The notes: generated from the letters alone by a model not told the origin. DNA of 64,000 bases from Candidatus Obscuribacteraceae bacterium (GCA_044226015.1 JBGAHS010000004.1:736001-800000); one strand, 5' to 3'; positions 9,984 through 20,790 are shown, numbered from the stretch's first letter. Numbers and translations: made by a program.

Positions 9984-11420
9984 TTGAAACCCGTGGCCGA
10001 TTTCATGTCAACGCTTTTAAGACGAATGCCCGCTGTCTCGTCAGACGGAGGGGGCGATCAAAAAAATAAGCATTTAGGTTGGTTGATGCTAACCGCTCTC
10101 GGTATTGGTGCCACTATAGGTGCTGGCATCTTCGTGATGCCCGGGCGCATCGCTCTCATGGCTGGTCCTGCCGGGATATTGTCATTTCTGATAACTGGAT
10201 TTGTTTTCTTGTTCGTCGGAATCTGTTACGAGAAATTCGCCAGCGTCGTGCCTGAAGGCGTGTCTGCCTACAGTTATGTTTATTATTCCGTCGGTGAAAT
10301 ATTCGCCTGGATTGTGGCTTTTGGACTCTTCCTTGAATACAGTTTCGGTGCCTCCGCCGTTGCCATTGGTTGGGGTGAGTACCTTAAAAAGGTTTTGAAA
10401 GACACGCCGTGGAATCTTGATGCATTGCCATCGATTTTGCGGGGCAGCACGCTCGAAAATGGAAACTTCCACTTTGGCATTAACATTGTTGCTTTGCTGG
10501 TTGTTGGAGTTGTCACCCTTATCCTCATATATGGCGGTGTGCAAAAGTCAGCCAAGCTCAATTTCATCCTTGTATGTTTGAAATCCCTTTTGCTATGCGT
10601 CTTTATGATAGGAGGCATCAAACACGTAAACCCAGCAAACTGGCAGCCGTTTATGCCTAACGGTTGGGATGGTGTGATTAAAGCCGCTGCTATCGCAGTT
10701 TTTCCTTACGTCGGTTTTGACGCGCTCTATACTTTTGCAAGAGAATCTAAGAGTCTGAAAGACACCCAGCGTTCTACTTATTTATGTATAGGGTTGGTTG
10801 CTTTCCTCTACGTGGCAGTGATGGCTATTGCCACAGGAATGGCACCGGTTTTCATGCCTGGACCTGATGGAACAGTCGTGGGCAACCCCCTGTTCAAAGG
10901 AACGGAAGCCTCCGCACCTCTAGCAACTTTGATGATTAATGCTGGCGAAGACTGGGCGGGCAAGCTAATTGCCGCTGGTGCCGTAATCGGTATCTTTAAT
11001 GTATTGCTTGTTCTATCAATGGGCGGACCGAGAATATTCCGCAACATGGCTGAAGACGGACTTTTGCCTCCTATCTTTGCTAAGGTCAAAAACGGAAACC
11101 CTGTAATTGGCTTAGTTCTCAACGGAATCATTGTGGGAGCAGTTGCTGGTTTCGTCCCCTTTGAGAGCGTCACCGACATCATGGTTCTGGGAACTCTCGT
11201 AGCTTTCACTTTCGTTTGTATTGGAGCCTTGCGCCTTAAGCTGGTTAATCCACTCGTCGCTATAATGGGCGCCGTTGGCTGTATCGCCCTGGCGGCAAAG
11301 CTCGACGCACTCGTCTGGCAAGTTTATGCAATTACCTGTCCAGTAGGGTTACTTTTTTATTTCAGCTACGGACGCCATCATTCCCGTTTGTCAAAGCCGG
11401 CCAGTGATTCAGGCACTTAG
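9984..11420 (+). CDS. APC-family amino acid permease (cationic amino acid transporter-like)
   Basis: LGIGATIGAGIF, SAYSYVY, PFMPNGW.GV..AAAI..F.YVGFD, RIFRNMAEDGLLP. Start may be ATG 10005. Confidence 0.92.
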   Translation: MKPVADFMSTLLRRMPAVSSDGGGDQKNKHLGWLMLTALGIGATIGAGIFVMPGRIALMAGPAGILSFLITGFVFLFVGICYEKFASVVPEGVSAYSYVYYSVGEIFAWIVAFGLFLEYSFGASAVAIGWGEYLKKVLKDTPWNLDALPSILRGSTLENGNFHFGINIVALLVVGVVTLILIYGGVQKSAKLNFILVCLKSLLLCVFMIGGIKHVNPANWQPFMPNGWDGVIKAAAIAVFPYVGFDALYTFARESKSLKDTQRSTYLCIGLVAFLYVAVMAIATGMAPVFMPGPDGTVVGNPLFKGTEASAPLATLMINAGEDWAGKLIAAGAVIGIFNVLLVLSMGGPRIFRNMAEDGLLPPIFAKVKNGNPVIGLVLNGIIVGAVAGFVPFESVTDIMVLGTLVAFTFVCIGALRLKLVNPLVAIMGAVGCIALAAKLDALVWQVYAITCPVGLLFYFSYGRHHSRLSKPASDSGT

Positions 11421-11438
11421 AGCCTTTTTCTGTCACTA

Positions 11439-11467
11439 TTGACACCCTGAAGTAGATGAATGATAAT
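11439..11467 (+). promoter_or_regulatory. Sigma70-type promoter for the TadG-like gene
   Basis: TTGACA (11439-11444), 17-nt spacer, GATAAT (11462-11467). Confidence 0.65.
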
Positions 11468-11571
11468 TAATTAAAGGGAACTAATCTTTGCCCTTTTGGG
11501 TTGAGCATACGACTTTGTTCGTGTGCACAGAGGCTGAACCTCTGATCGACGTTACTAGTGGGAGGCTTTTT

Positions 11572-13728
11572 ATGAAGCTCAGGCAAAAACGGGGTGGCAC
11601 ACTAGCACTTGTTGCAGCGGCTACTATCACTCTCATCCTGTTGGGAATCTGCTTTTATTTCCTTGCAACACTCTTTGGTGGCGAGCGGGAAATTCAGCAT
11701 GCAACCGACTCCGGTAACCTGAATGTTGCGAAAAACGCTCTTCGCCACCCGACAATTACTTTGAAGCCCGGAGCTGAGCAAGAGACCTTTGGGCAATTAG
11801 GCGACCGCTCACTCATAAACGAAGCGCCTCCACCGGCTGTCCCACCGGTCAACTTGTTGACTTATGATCGACTATTCGGGCATACCTTACTCTCTGCAAT
11901 CAACGTACAGAATGACGAAACTGCTGACGGGAAAGCTCACGTTGCAGCTATGGTTAAGATGCTTCAAGAGGGAGCCGATTCAATCGGTGGTCGCTTGAGC
12001 GAGAAGCTATCCGCAAAGCAAAACAATGAGTTGTTCACTAACTTTGGTGAAACAGCTAATCAAAATTCATTGAGAATGCTGGGAAATCAATCGACCCTTA
12101 CTCACAATGACAGTGATTTCGCCGTTGCTTATCTTGAGCAAACCAATCAGGATATCGGCGCAACTAACATAGAAGTTCCGTCTTCGCTTCGTAGCCTTTT
12201 TGACACTGGACTTCAGTCCTCCTTATTTACGTCCAAAGGTGGGAAAACCTACATCAGAGGCTATGTGAAACCTGGTATCACTGCTGGTGCTCCGGTTGGG
12301 GTTCCTTTGCAGCCGGGAGATCAGCCTCACCTTGTTTCGAACAGAGTTTTCTCTACTCAGACTTCGCGCGGTAACACCTTTGCTGGTACTGAAGTTCCTC
12401 CAAACGGATTTAGATCTCATACAGCTGCAGCAGCTGAGAAAGCAGGACAAAATGCCACCACGCTGTCATGCGCTGAGGTCGGTTCTTTGAACATGTCCTT
12501 CCCATTGTCGATTCCATACGGATATATCAAAATTCAAAATGGTCCTGACGGCGGTGGCTCGGCAAGTGTAAACGGTCCATTCGTGGGTCTAAATCACGTT
12601 TTGAACAATGAACTTATCACAGGTATATCTGTTGCCGGTCCAGTCTTCGCTGATACTGACGACAAAAAGACAATGGAAGAGTGGGCTAAATACAATTACA
12701 ACCAATCAAAAGGTATTACTCCAAATCCAGAGCCTTCAGCTGGTACTCAGGGACTCTTCAATCTTCAGGGTCAACCTGCTTCAAATGCTGATGCAAAGAA
12801 CATTCCGTTTGACCCCAACACTGGCGCTCTTGTCAGCACTACCTGTACTGATTTGAACTCCACAGGCTGGTCGAGAAGCGATCATGATGTAGTGGGACAA
12901 TGTTGGGACCTTCTCGGCGATGGTCATGGACCAGGTCCGTTCGATGCGGCTTTCCATCCTGATGCTTCGTACACAGACAGCAGTGATAATGTGGCAGGCG
13001 ACCTCACTTCGGTAGAGTGTGCAAAGTGCCAACTTCAGCATAAATTCAATGCTTGCGGTGGACTTACCGTCAACAGCAGCAACTGTGCAGTTACTGGTCT
13101 TAGAACCTTTGGAACAAAGACAGCTTCAGGCTTTGACAAGACTGGCGCGTATCCATCCGCACCTCCGATGGGTAGATGCAAAATCAGTCATGAATCTTCG
13201 ATCAAAGAGCTTGGAAATTTCGTCCATGATAGTTTCGGTTCCAGATTGATTGACCTGATTGCTGAAAGAGCCAGACAAATTCGACCAGAAGATGGTGAGG
13301 CACAGGTTCGAGCATTGATTGACGGCAGTCCTGCTAAGACCTGGACGCTCGGCGAAGTTGCTTACATTTACGTAGAAGAGCCAGACAATAAGACTGACCA
13401 ACACAAGAGAGAAACTCTGGTCATGAAGTCAAGCGCTCCTCCCTGGGCTGATGCAAACACTCAACCAGATGGAAATCCTGTCACCCAATCTTCGGGAAGC
13501 TACAACATTACTGGTGGTGGTGGTGCCAACGAACCTTGGATTGTTAACCCACACGGTGATGGTGGAATTCACGATATAATGTATCGCGAACATCCAAGCT
13601 CAGGTATCAATGCGGTAGATACAGCAACCTGGACTCCTTCATCTGGCTTCCAAAATCTGCTCGGTAAACTCCAATTCACAAACAGTGCAACGGGTACAGC
13701 AGCAGGATCATTCTGTAAGCCGGACTAA
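11572..13728 (+). CDS. TadG-like (Flp/Tad pilus) large pilin/adhesin
   Basis: GGAGG RBS before ATG 11572; basic N-terminus KRG then TM helix, then EIQHATDSGNLNVA (TadG-like LQxAxDxxAL); Gly/Cys-containing extracellular C-terminal part. Confidence 0.65.
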   Translation: MKLRQKRGGTLALVAAATITLILLGICFYFLATLFGGEREIQHATDSGNLNVAKNALRHPTITLKPGAEQETFGQLGDRSLINEAPPPAVPPVNLLTYDRLFGHTLLSAINVQNDETADGKAHVAAMVKMLQEGADSIGGRLSEKLSAKQNNELFTNFGETANQNSLRMLGNQSTLTHNDSDFAVAYLEQTNQDIGATNIEVPSSLRSLFDTGLQSSLFTSKGGKTYIRGYVKPGITAGAPVGVPLQPGDQPHLVSNRVFSTQTSRGNTFAGTEVPPNGFRSHTAAAAEKAGQNATTLSCAEVGSLNMSFPLSIPYGYIKIQNGPDGGGSASVNGPFVGLNHVLNNELITGISVAGPVFADTDDKKTMEEWAKYNYNQSKGITPNPEPSAGTQGLFNLQGQPASNADAKNIPFDPNTGALVSTTCTDLNSTGWSRSDHDVVGQCWDLLGDGHGPGPFDAAFHPDASYTDSSDNVAGDLTSVECAKCQLQHKFNACGGLTVNSSNCAVTGLRTFGTKTASGFDKTGAYPSAPPMGRCKISHESSIKELGNFVHDSFGSRLIDLIAERARQIRPEDGEAQVRALIDGSPAKTWTLGEVAYIYVEEPDNKTDQHKRETLVMKSSAPPWADANTQPDGNPVTQSSGSYNITGGGGANEPWIVNPHGDGGIHDIMYREHPSSGINAVDTATWTPSSGFQNLLGKLQFTNSATGTAAGSFCKPD

Positions 13729-13758
13729 ACAAGAACTCTTCCCTGAAAGGATGAGAAG

Positions 13759-14265
13759 ATGACCGGTAAACAAACAAAATTCGAACATGGTTGGCTTACA
13801 ACGTCAACCATTTTCGCTTTGGTCTCACTTTTGACGTTTTTGCCAATAGCAAATGCTCAGCCGAAATTTCAGTTTATTCGGCAGGCACCAAAGAAAAAAT
13901 ACGTCAATGATAACGAGTTTGTTCCGGATACATTGAAGCAGCCTCCTGATTTGCCGTTTCTACCTCCTTATAGCGGTCAATCGCAGCCCAAATTTGATAA
14001 TCTTCTCGTTTTTAAGAAAAAGCGGAATGGACCTGGATACACTGAAACATTTCACGTAAAGGAAACTCCTCAACAGGTGATGGACTTTTACAAGAATGCC
14101 TTCAGGGACAATCGCTGGGTTTTGGACAAAAATGCCGAGACAAGCAATATGGTCGGAGCTACAAGGAAAGGCGCCGTTTGTACGGTGACCGTGATGAAGC
14201 CTATTTACAAGGGCTACAATGCCCAAGTGTATTTGATTTATAAGATTTCCGGAAACGTTCAATAA
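13759..14265 (+). CDS. Exported hypothetical protein
   Basis: Signal peptide ending ANA-Q; PQQVMDFYKNAFRDNRW segment; 30 nt after the upstream gene. Confidence 0.75.
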   Translation: MTGKQTKFEHGWLTTSTIFALVSLLTFLPIANAQPKFQFIRQAPKKKYVNDNEFVPDTLKQPPDLPFLPPYSGQSQPKFDNLLVFKKKRNGPGYTETFHVKETPQQVMDFYKNAFRDNRWVLDKNAETSNMVGATRKGAVCTVTVMKPIYKGYNAQVYLIYKISGNVQ

Positions 14266-14280
14266 CCTGGTGAGACAAGG

Positions 14281-15720
14281 GTGAATTTGAAATCGGCTCT
14301 GATTTGGACTTCTCTGCTCTTGTTGCCGATTGCTATTTATCTTGGAATTTGTGTCTATTACAAATCCACTGGTTTGAGTCAGGTAGCAGTCGACGCCAGC
14401 AGTTCGTCGACAAGCGTAGTGCCAACGAAGGATTTTGGCGCAGCAAGTGAAGTGAGCGCAGCTGCAAATGCCGAACCCGAGGCGAGCGCGCCCGAATCAA
14501 ATACAGCTGAATCTACCACGCTTTCATCGAAAGGTGGTTCTATAACGCTGAAGACCACGCATCAACCGGCTGATCCTGAAGTTGAGAAAGCGCTCGCGTC
14601 CGTAGAAGAGCACATTGCTATGTTTACGGTTACGCAGGCAGATTTTGAAGCTCTGCAAAAGATACTTGAGAAAGACCCCAACAATTATTTTGCTCACTTT
14701 CTACTCGCTCGTTGTTATCAGAGATTTGGCTTAGATGGAATGGCGGTCCAGCAGATACAAATCGCAGAGAAGCTGGCTGTGCATCCTGAAGACTTGCTTC
14801 GGCGTTTGAAGCACCATATAGAAGCTGGTGAGTTTTCCGAAGCCTTTAGCATGAAACAGTTTGTTTTCGAGAAAGCTCCGAAAGATCCATCTCTGCTTTT
14901 TTTACATGGGCTTTTTTATCTTGAGCACGGAGCGATTCCTGGAGCAGAAGACGTCTTTAAGAAGCTCTTGAAGCGTCCAGATTGTCCCCTTGGGACGGCC
15001 ACCGCCCTTGGTACCATTCGGATGGATCAGCATAAGTATCAAGAGGCAAGCGATCTTGCAGATTTCGACTTGAAGATAAACCCAAAATATGTGTCTGCTT
15101 TACTGTTGAAAGCTCAATCTCGACTAGCTGTTGGTGATGCCCGAAGCGTAATCTCTTTGTTAAAGACGCCGGTAGCTCAGCATCCATTCAATCGACGACT
15201 GAATGTCCTTTTATTTGAGGCTTACAAGCATGAAGGCATGAATGAGCAAGCGCTGGCGAGTGCCCTCTATGTAATGGCTGGCTCTGATTACGTCTCATTC
15301 TTTGAGCCAGCCATGAATAATGTTAAAGAGCTTTTGCAAGTTTTGCCTCACTCAGTGTCTAGCAAAATCGTTAGTGAAGTGTCAAAAGAAGTTGATCGCA
15401 CAGACTACGCTATGAAATTTCACTTTTACTTGGGCTGGTGCTATTACGACTTGCGCATGAGTTCCGATGCGATTCGCGAGACCCAGCACGCGCTTAATCT
15501 GGACAATGAGTTTGAGCCTAATTGGTACCAGATGGGATTGATCAAAGAGAAACTGTTGGGAGACTTGCCTGGGGCGCTCGAATTTTATGAAAAGGCGCAT
15601 CAGCTTGAGCGCTCGGACAGTAAGACGGTGCGAGGCATCAAGCGGGTTAAATACCGGCTGCGCAATGCGAATATTGATATTGCTCGTAAGATAAAGAATG
15701 CCTTGAGAGCGCGCCACTAG
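14281..15720 (+). CDS. Membrane-anchored TPR protein
   Basis: N-terminal TM; TPRs such as DPNNYFAHFLLARCY and NWYQMGLIKE..GALEFYEKA. Confidence 0.85.
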   Translation: MNLKSALIWTSLLLLPIAIYLGICVYYKSTGLSQVAVDASSSSTSVVPTKDFGAASEVSAAANAEPEASAPESNTAESTTLSSKGGSITLKTTHQPADPEVEKALASVEEHIAMFTVTQADFEALQKILEKDPNNYFAHFLLARCYQRFGLDGMAVQQIQIAEKLAVHPEDLLRRLKHHIEAGEFSEAFSMKQFVFEKAPKDPSLLFLHGLFYLEHGAIPGAEDVFKKLLKRPDCPLGTATALGTIRMDQHKYQEASDLADFDLKINPKYVSALLLKAQSRLAVGDARSVISLLKTPVAQHPFNRRLNVLLFEAYKHEGMNEQALASALYVMAGSDYVSFFEPAMNNVKELLQVLPHSVSSKIVSEVSKEVDRTDYAMKFHFYLGWCYYDLRMSSDAIRETQHALNLDNEFEPNWYQMGLIKEKLLGDLPGALEFYEKAHQLERSDSKTVRGIKRVKYRLRNANIDIARKIKNALRARH

Positions 15721-15746
15721 ACAAAGATGAGTTCGCATATCCGAAC

Positions 15747-18731
15747 TTATTTTGCATCCATCCAGTTTTTACCAACTCCAACGTCGACACGAAGCGGCAC
15801 TTTCAATGGGTCTCCCATGCGCATTGCCCCGACTAAGACTTCCTTTGCAAGCTCAATCTCTTCTTCTGGTACATCTAGAAGAAGTTCGTCATGAACCTGC
15901 AAAATGAGCTTCGACTTCATATCTCGTTTTCTCAGTTCATCATCCAGTCGAATCATGGCGAGTTTCATCAAATCCGCTGCACTTCCTTGCAGGGGGGCGT
16001 TGAACGCAGCTCTCTCATCAGCTTTGCGAATTCCTTCGTTGCGATCATTCAAATGACTGAAGTACCTGCGTCTTCCCCAAAGGGTCTGAACGTAGCCATT
16101 CTGTCTTGCATCTTGAATCACCCTATCCATAAATGCACGAACTTTCGGGAAGCTGGTGAAGTACTTTTCAATGAATGCTTGAGCTTCACGAGTGCTTATG
16201 CCTAACGACTGACCTGTGGCAAATGCCCCTTGTTGATATATCAGCGCGAAATTTAGTGTCTTACCAACACCGCGCTTATCTGGGTCAAGCCTGTCTATTG
16301 GCACATCAAAAATGAGTGCAGCCGTTCTAGAGTGAATGTCTTCGTCTTTCTGGAAAGCTTCGATGAGATTCTCATCGCCAGACATATGAGCTAAGAGGCG
16401 AAGTTCGATTTGAGAATAGTCAGCCGAAATCACCTGACTCGTATCATTTGCTGCAATGAATCCGCGTCTTATTCTTCTGCCCCAATCTGTCCTGATAGGT
16501 ATATTTTGGAGGTTGGGGTTGGTGCTCGATAGCCGACCTGTCGATGTAGTTGTCTGATTGAATTCACCGTGCAGGCGATGGTCAAGCTCGGAGATTTGCT
16601 TAGGTAGAGCTTCAACGTAAGTTGAATTCAACTTTGTCAGATGCCTATAGTCAAGAATTTTAGGAATGATGGCATGTGAATCTATCAGTCCTTCCAGCAC
16701 TGCTGCATCAGTCGAGTAACCGGTTTTTGTCTTCACTTTTGCTGGCAGCTTCAACTCGTCAAAAAGGACCTTTTGCAGCTGAAGTGGCGAGCCGATATTG
16801 AACGGATGCCCTGCAAGTTCATAAACTTCGCTTTCCAGGCGGCTTATCTCGCCACGCAGTTCCTTGTTTAAGTCCTTGAAATAAGGAATGTCCAGGCGCA
16901 CGCCATTCTGTTCCATGCGTGCTAAAACCTGACTAACAGGCAAGTCCATTCCGTAAAGCAACTCTCGTTGATCATCATCCATAGATTTCGAGAACTTTGT
17001 GCTTAGTTCATCAACTGCACGAGCCTCTTCTGCCGTTAATTCAGCCACTTGTCTGATTGGCAGCATGTCCAACTCAACAGCCTTTTTGGAGCCAGAGCCA
17101 GGAAGTTCTGATAACCGGCGTTGTAGAATTTCGGCTATTTGTTGCTGCAATCCATGATTTGCATCGGGATTCAAGATGTAGCTCGACAGCATAGGGTCGA
17201 AGACAACGCCTTCAAGTCTTACATCAAATAGAGAGAAGATGTTTGAGGCATATTTTGCATCGAATATCATCTTTCCGATGCTAGCGTCTTCTAATAATGG
17301 TTTGAAAAGTTGAACTACTTCTTCCCTGGAAAGAGGCGCTTCACCAGCCGCCTCAAGTGGAACGTAAACTGCGCGTTCAATTGTTTTTTCTTCCTGGAAG
17401 CTAAGGCGCTTCAAGTCTTCATCGAACTCCAACGAGTGTGAGTAGGCGAAGGAGAGACCATGAATTTGGCTGTCAAAAGCATGAGTGTGACTGGCTCGTA
17501 GCGACATTGCAAAATACTTTGCTTTTCGCAAGTCTTCAATAAGTGCTTCTAGATCTTGCCTTGTTTTTAGTATTTCTAGCTTCAGGCTATCTTGGGTTAA
17601 CACTGCTACTGCTGCTCCAGATTCATCTGTCTTCGGAGCAAGTGCATCTAGCAAACTTAACTGGCGACCGCCTCCAACAACAGGTTTGGGTGCAGGCGCA
17701 GATGCTGATGAACTGGAACGTGATGAGCTGAAGCTCAGCTGTCGGTCACCACCAGCAGTGGCTCCACCAACTGTTGCGCCGCTCTTCATTCGAGAGCGAG
17801 CTGGAACCTGAAGCAAGTCGGCGGGGATGTCTGGTTCGACTCCGTTATTGAAATAACTTAGGACTTTCGGCAATCTGCGCAGAAGGTTCCGCAATTCCAG
17901 ATAGCGGAATATTTCGCAAATTTTTGCCGGGTCTGGACAGCTAAGTTTACAATGATCGAAGTCGAATTCCAGTGGTACATCAAGTCTGATGGTTGCAAGA
18001 TCTTTGCTCTTAATAGCGCTGTCTTGTCCCTCTATCAGCTTGTTTTTCTGTGAACCCGCTTTGAGATCATTGATGTGTTCGTAGATGCCTTCGATAGTTT
18101 TGTATTGACTCAAGAGTGTTACAGCTGACTTCGGACCGATGCCTTTTACCCCAGGTATATTGTCCGATGCGTCTCCGCAGAGTCCTTTGTAATCAATGAC
18201 TTGTTCTGGCCATACTCCTAGCTTCTCAAATACTTCATCTCTTCCGTAAGTCTTTAAGCCTTCTTTTGTCGGCATCAGGACTTGTATGTGATCATCTAGC
18301 AGCTGAAAAGCATCCTGATCGCCCGTGAGAATAACTGTGGATAAGTTTCTTTCCTTTGCTTTCTTCGCAACCGTTCCTATAACATCATCAGCTTCCCAGC
18401 CTGATAATTCGTATACCGGAATAGCCAGAGCTTCCACCGCTTGTTTGATTATTGGCCACTGCTCTGCAAGGTCGTCAGGCATCTCTTCACGGTTTGCTTT
18501 GTATTCTTCAAACTGTTCATGACGAAAGGTTGGCTCCGAAAGGTCGAAGCAGACAGCCATTGAATGCGGCGCACGTTTTTCAATAAGGTCAAATAAGGAG
18601 GCAAAGAAACCGTAAACTGCCTGGGTCGGTTTCCCCTCGGCATTTCGCATTCCTGTCGTCAACAAAGCGTAGTAAGACCGAAACGCCAGTGAACTTCCAT
18701 CGACAAGAAAAAGTGTGTTGTTTTCCGGCAT
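15747..18731 (-). CDS. polA: DNA polymerase I
   Basis: 5'-nuclease LVDGSSLAFRSYY, EADDVIGT, GDASDNIPGV; polymerase motifs TGRLSS.NPNLQNIP, ADYSQIELR, QGSAAD, LQVHDEL. Confidence 0.98.
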   Translation of the reverse strand: MPENNTLFLVDGSSLAFRSYYALLTTGMRNAEGKPTQAVYGFFASLFDLIEKRAPHSMAVCFDLSEPTFRHEQFEEYKANREEMPDDLAEQWPIIKQAVEALAIPVYELSGWEADDVIGTVAKKAKERNLSTVILTGDQDAFQLLDDHIQVLMPTKEGLKTYGRDEVFEKLGVWPEQVIDYKGLCGDASDNIPGVKGIGPKSAVTLLSQYKTIEGIYEHINDLKAGSQKNKLIEGQDSAIKSKDLATIRLDVPLEFDFDHCKLSCPDPAKICEIFRYLELRNLLRRLPKVLSYFNNGVEPDIPADLLQVPARSRMKSGATVGGATAGGDRQLSFSSSRSSSSASAPAPKPVVGGGRQLSLLDALAPKTDESGAAVAVLTQDSLKLEILKTRQDLEALIEDLRKAKYFAMSLRASHTHAFDSQIHGLSFAYSHSLEFDEDLKRLSFQEEKTIERAVYVPLEAAGEAPLSREEVVQLFKPLLEDASIGKMIFDAKYASNIFSLFDVRLEGVVFDPMLSSYILNPDANHGLQQQIAEILQRRLSELPGSGSKKAVELDMLPIRQVAELTAEEARAVDELSTKFSKSMDDDQRELLYGMDLPVSQVLARMEQNGVRLDIPYFKDLNKELRGEISRLESEVYELAGHPFNIGSPLQLQKVLFDELKLPAKVKTKTGYSTDAAVLEGLIDSHAIIPKILDYRHLTKLNSTYVEALPKQISELDHRLHGEFNQTTTSTGRLSSTNPNLQNIPIRTDWGRRIRRGFIAANDTSQVISADYSQIELRLLAHMSGDENLIEAFQKDEDIHSRTAALIFDVPIDRLDPDKRGVGKTLNFALIYQQGAFATGQSLGISTREAQAFIEKYFTSFPKVRAFMDRVIQDARQNGYVQTLWGRRRYFSHLNDRNEGIRKADERAAFNAPLQGSAADLMKLAMIRLDDELRKRDMKSKLILQVHDELLLDVPEEEIELAKEVLVGAMRMGDPLKVPLRVDVGVGKNWMDAK

Positions 18732-18819
18732 GCTTTCAGCCCCTCGTCATTTGCTTCCGCGCAATATAAGCAAGGTATTTTAGCAAATATGCTTCGCTCC
18801 TACATTCAATCTCCTTATG

Positions 18820-18857
18820 CAAAAAGACCGGGAAGGCGCATTCTATCGCCTTCCCGC
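18820..18857 (-). terminator. Intrinsic terminator after the alkaline phosphatase gene
   Basis: Perfect 10-bp stem CGGGAAGGCG/CGCCTTCCCG followed on the minus strand by GTCTTTTT. Confidence 0.75.
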
Positions 18858-18883
18858 AAAAATCTAATTTAGAATCTAAGAAC

Positions 18884-20656
18884 TTAAGGTTGGGCTACTA
18901 GCCCCAGAGGTCTGGCTGGACCGTAGAACGGCGCTATCGCTTCGCTGAGTGCACGCCCCTCGCAGAGAGATGGTGCGTTGATGTGCAAGAGTGACGCCAG
19001 TGTCGGAGCGATGTCTGCTGGGCTGCAGTCTTGTGCGTAGCGTCCTGACCTGATGCCCACACCCATCATGATGAGAGGCACTTGCGAGTCGTAACGATAA
19101 GGGCTGCCATGGCTGGTGCCGTTGGGTTCTCCGCTGTATATATATCCCGGTTTCGGTGTGATATATACGTCTCCGCTTCTGCTTGTGAAATAGTTCTTCT
19201 TCACAGCGTCGATGCTGGGCGAAGGTGGCATCTGTCCCATGTAAAACTGATATGCAGTGTAGACATCTCCGACGCCAGGCACTGATTCAGCGGCTTGTGC
19301 TGCGATGTCTTCAACGTCTTGCTTTCTGACTTTTTGTTTTGCAATGGTGTTTCGGTTGAAATAGAGGTTTGGTGGCTGGAATGATGCAATCCAATCATCA
19401 GGACCAAGCTTTTGATCTAGCTGTGATTCCAGAAGGGCTGTCATCGCTTTAGGGTCGATTCTGCCGGCGTCAAGTCCCTTATCTCTGAGAAATTCGGGAA
19501 TCGGCGCAACTCCGTGGTCACTGCTCATGACCACAAGGCACTTGTCCATTCCAACTTTTTGGTCCACATACTGAAATAGATTTGCGAGGGTTTGATCTAG
19601 CCTCAGCATCATGTCTTCGCTTTCTTGACTGTTTGGGCCGAAAGCATGACCAACAAAGTCGTTGGCAGAGAATGAAATTCCGAGCAAATCAGGGCTCTCG
19701 TGAGCTCCTAGATTCTCTTTCTCGATTGCGTCTTTTGCAAAATCTGCAAGCATTTGATTTGCAAATGGTGTCATCTGAAAGTTGGTGTAATAGGCTTCAT
19801 TTGGTGTCGATGCCCCACCTGTTATCTGGTGTGGGAATGAACGCCCGTCGGCTGGCATTGGGCGTTCGTAAGTGTAGTCATCTTTCGTTGACGCGTTATA
19901 CAAATTCTCTGGAAGAAGTCTTTGCCAGGGTTTGCCAAAATAGGCATCTGCATAACGCTTGTCGTTGAATGCAGCTACCCATCCCGGAAGTGTTCCACCG
20001 AATTGCGATGAGCTGACAAAATGTCCGTTTCTTTGATCGTACCAATAGGCTCCGTTAGCCATTCTTCCTGCAAGGAAAAGCGAGCCGCGATCTTTCAGCG
20101 AGCAGGCAATTACCTTGCTTCTTCCGTTTGTAGCAAGTCGCATTTCGTCGCCGATGCTGCTTCCTGCCATGCTGCGGCAGCTGGCGCCTGGTCCATTACC
20201 ACCGACCAACTGAACGGTATCATCTTCGGTGGCTTCAATTGCTTTCTCTTTTCTTTTGCTGTACCAGGTGTTTGAGATCACACCTGTTGCCCAGGGATAT
20301 GCGCCCGATGAAATGACTGAATGCCCAACTGCAGTAACCGTATTCGCCTGCTTGTACTTGCAATTTACGAAATTTGCTCCATTCTCCATCAAGTATCTGA
20401 AGCCACCATTGCCGAATCTATCGTTGAATCGGCTTAAATAGTCAAAGTTGAACTGATCAATAACAATCATCAGCACCAGTTTCGGTTGAACATTGATTGC
20501 TGATTGAGCAGTTGCTACCTGAGCGAAAGCTGTTGAGAGAGAGATGCTCGCAAGTAAAATTGAACTTGTTAGTTTTCGGAGAAACTTAGACGCGCTCAAA
20601 GCTGGCCTCCAATTTGGTCGGGAACGGACATACATATAATGATTTATGATTGACAA
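18884..20656 (-). CDS. Alkaline phosphatase, PafA/nucleotide pyrophosphatase family
   Basis: PKLVLMIVIDQF, TVTAVGH (Thr nucleophile), SLKDR, DFVGHAFGP, SSDHG, TSHGSPY.YD; signal peptide. Confidence 0.92.
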   Translation of the reverse strand: MSIINHYMYVRSRPNWRPALSASKFLRKLTSSILLASISLSTAFAQVATAQSAINVQPKLVLMIVIDQFNFDYLSRFNDRFGNGGFRYLMENGANFVNCKYKQANTVTAVGHSVISSGAYPWATGVISNTWYSKRKEKAIEATEDDTVQLVGGNGPGASCRSMAGSSIGDEMRLATNGRSKVIACSLKDRGSLFLAGRMANGAYWYDQRNGHFVSSSQFGGTLPGWVAAFNDKRYADAYFGKPWQRLLPENLYNASTKDDYTYERPMPADGRSFPHQITGGASTPNEAYYTNFQMTPFANQMLADFAKDAIEKENLGAHESPDLLGISFSANDFVGHAFGPNSQESEDMMLRLDQTLANLFQYVDQKVGMDKCLVVMSSDHGVAPIPEFLRDKGLDAGRIDPKAMTALLESQLDQKLGPDDWIASFQPPNLYFNRNTIAKQKVRKQDVEDIAAQAAESVPGVGDVYTAYQFYMGQMPPSPSIDAVKKNYFTSRSGDVYITPKPGYIYSGEPNGTSHGSPYRYDSQVPLIMMGVGIRSGRYAQDCSPADIAPTLASLLHINAPSLCEGRALSEAIAPFYGPARPLGLVAQP

Positions 20657-20790
20657 CTTCTCTGAGATTACTGATCCTTAATAAGCGCGCGTTTGTTGGT
20701 TTCTTGCTGATTCTGCATTGGTAATATGACAGAGTGCATTCTTAACATGCCAATAGTTGCGATTTATTTGAGCGGAAACCAAGACAGATA

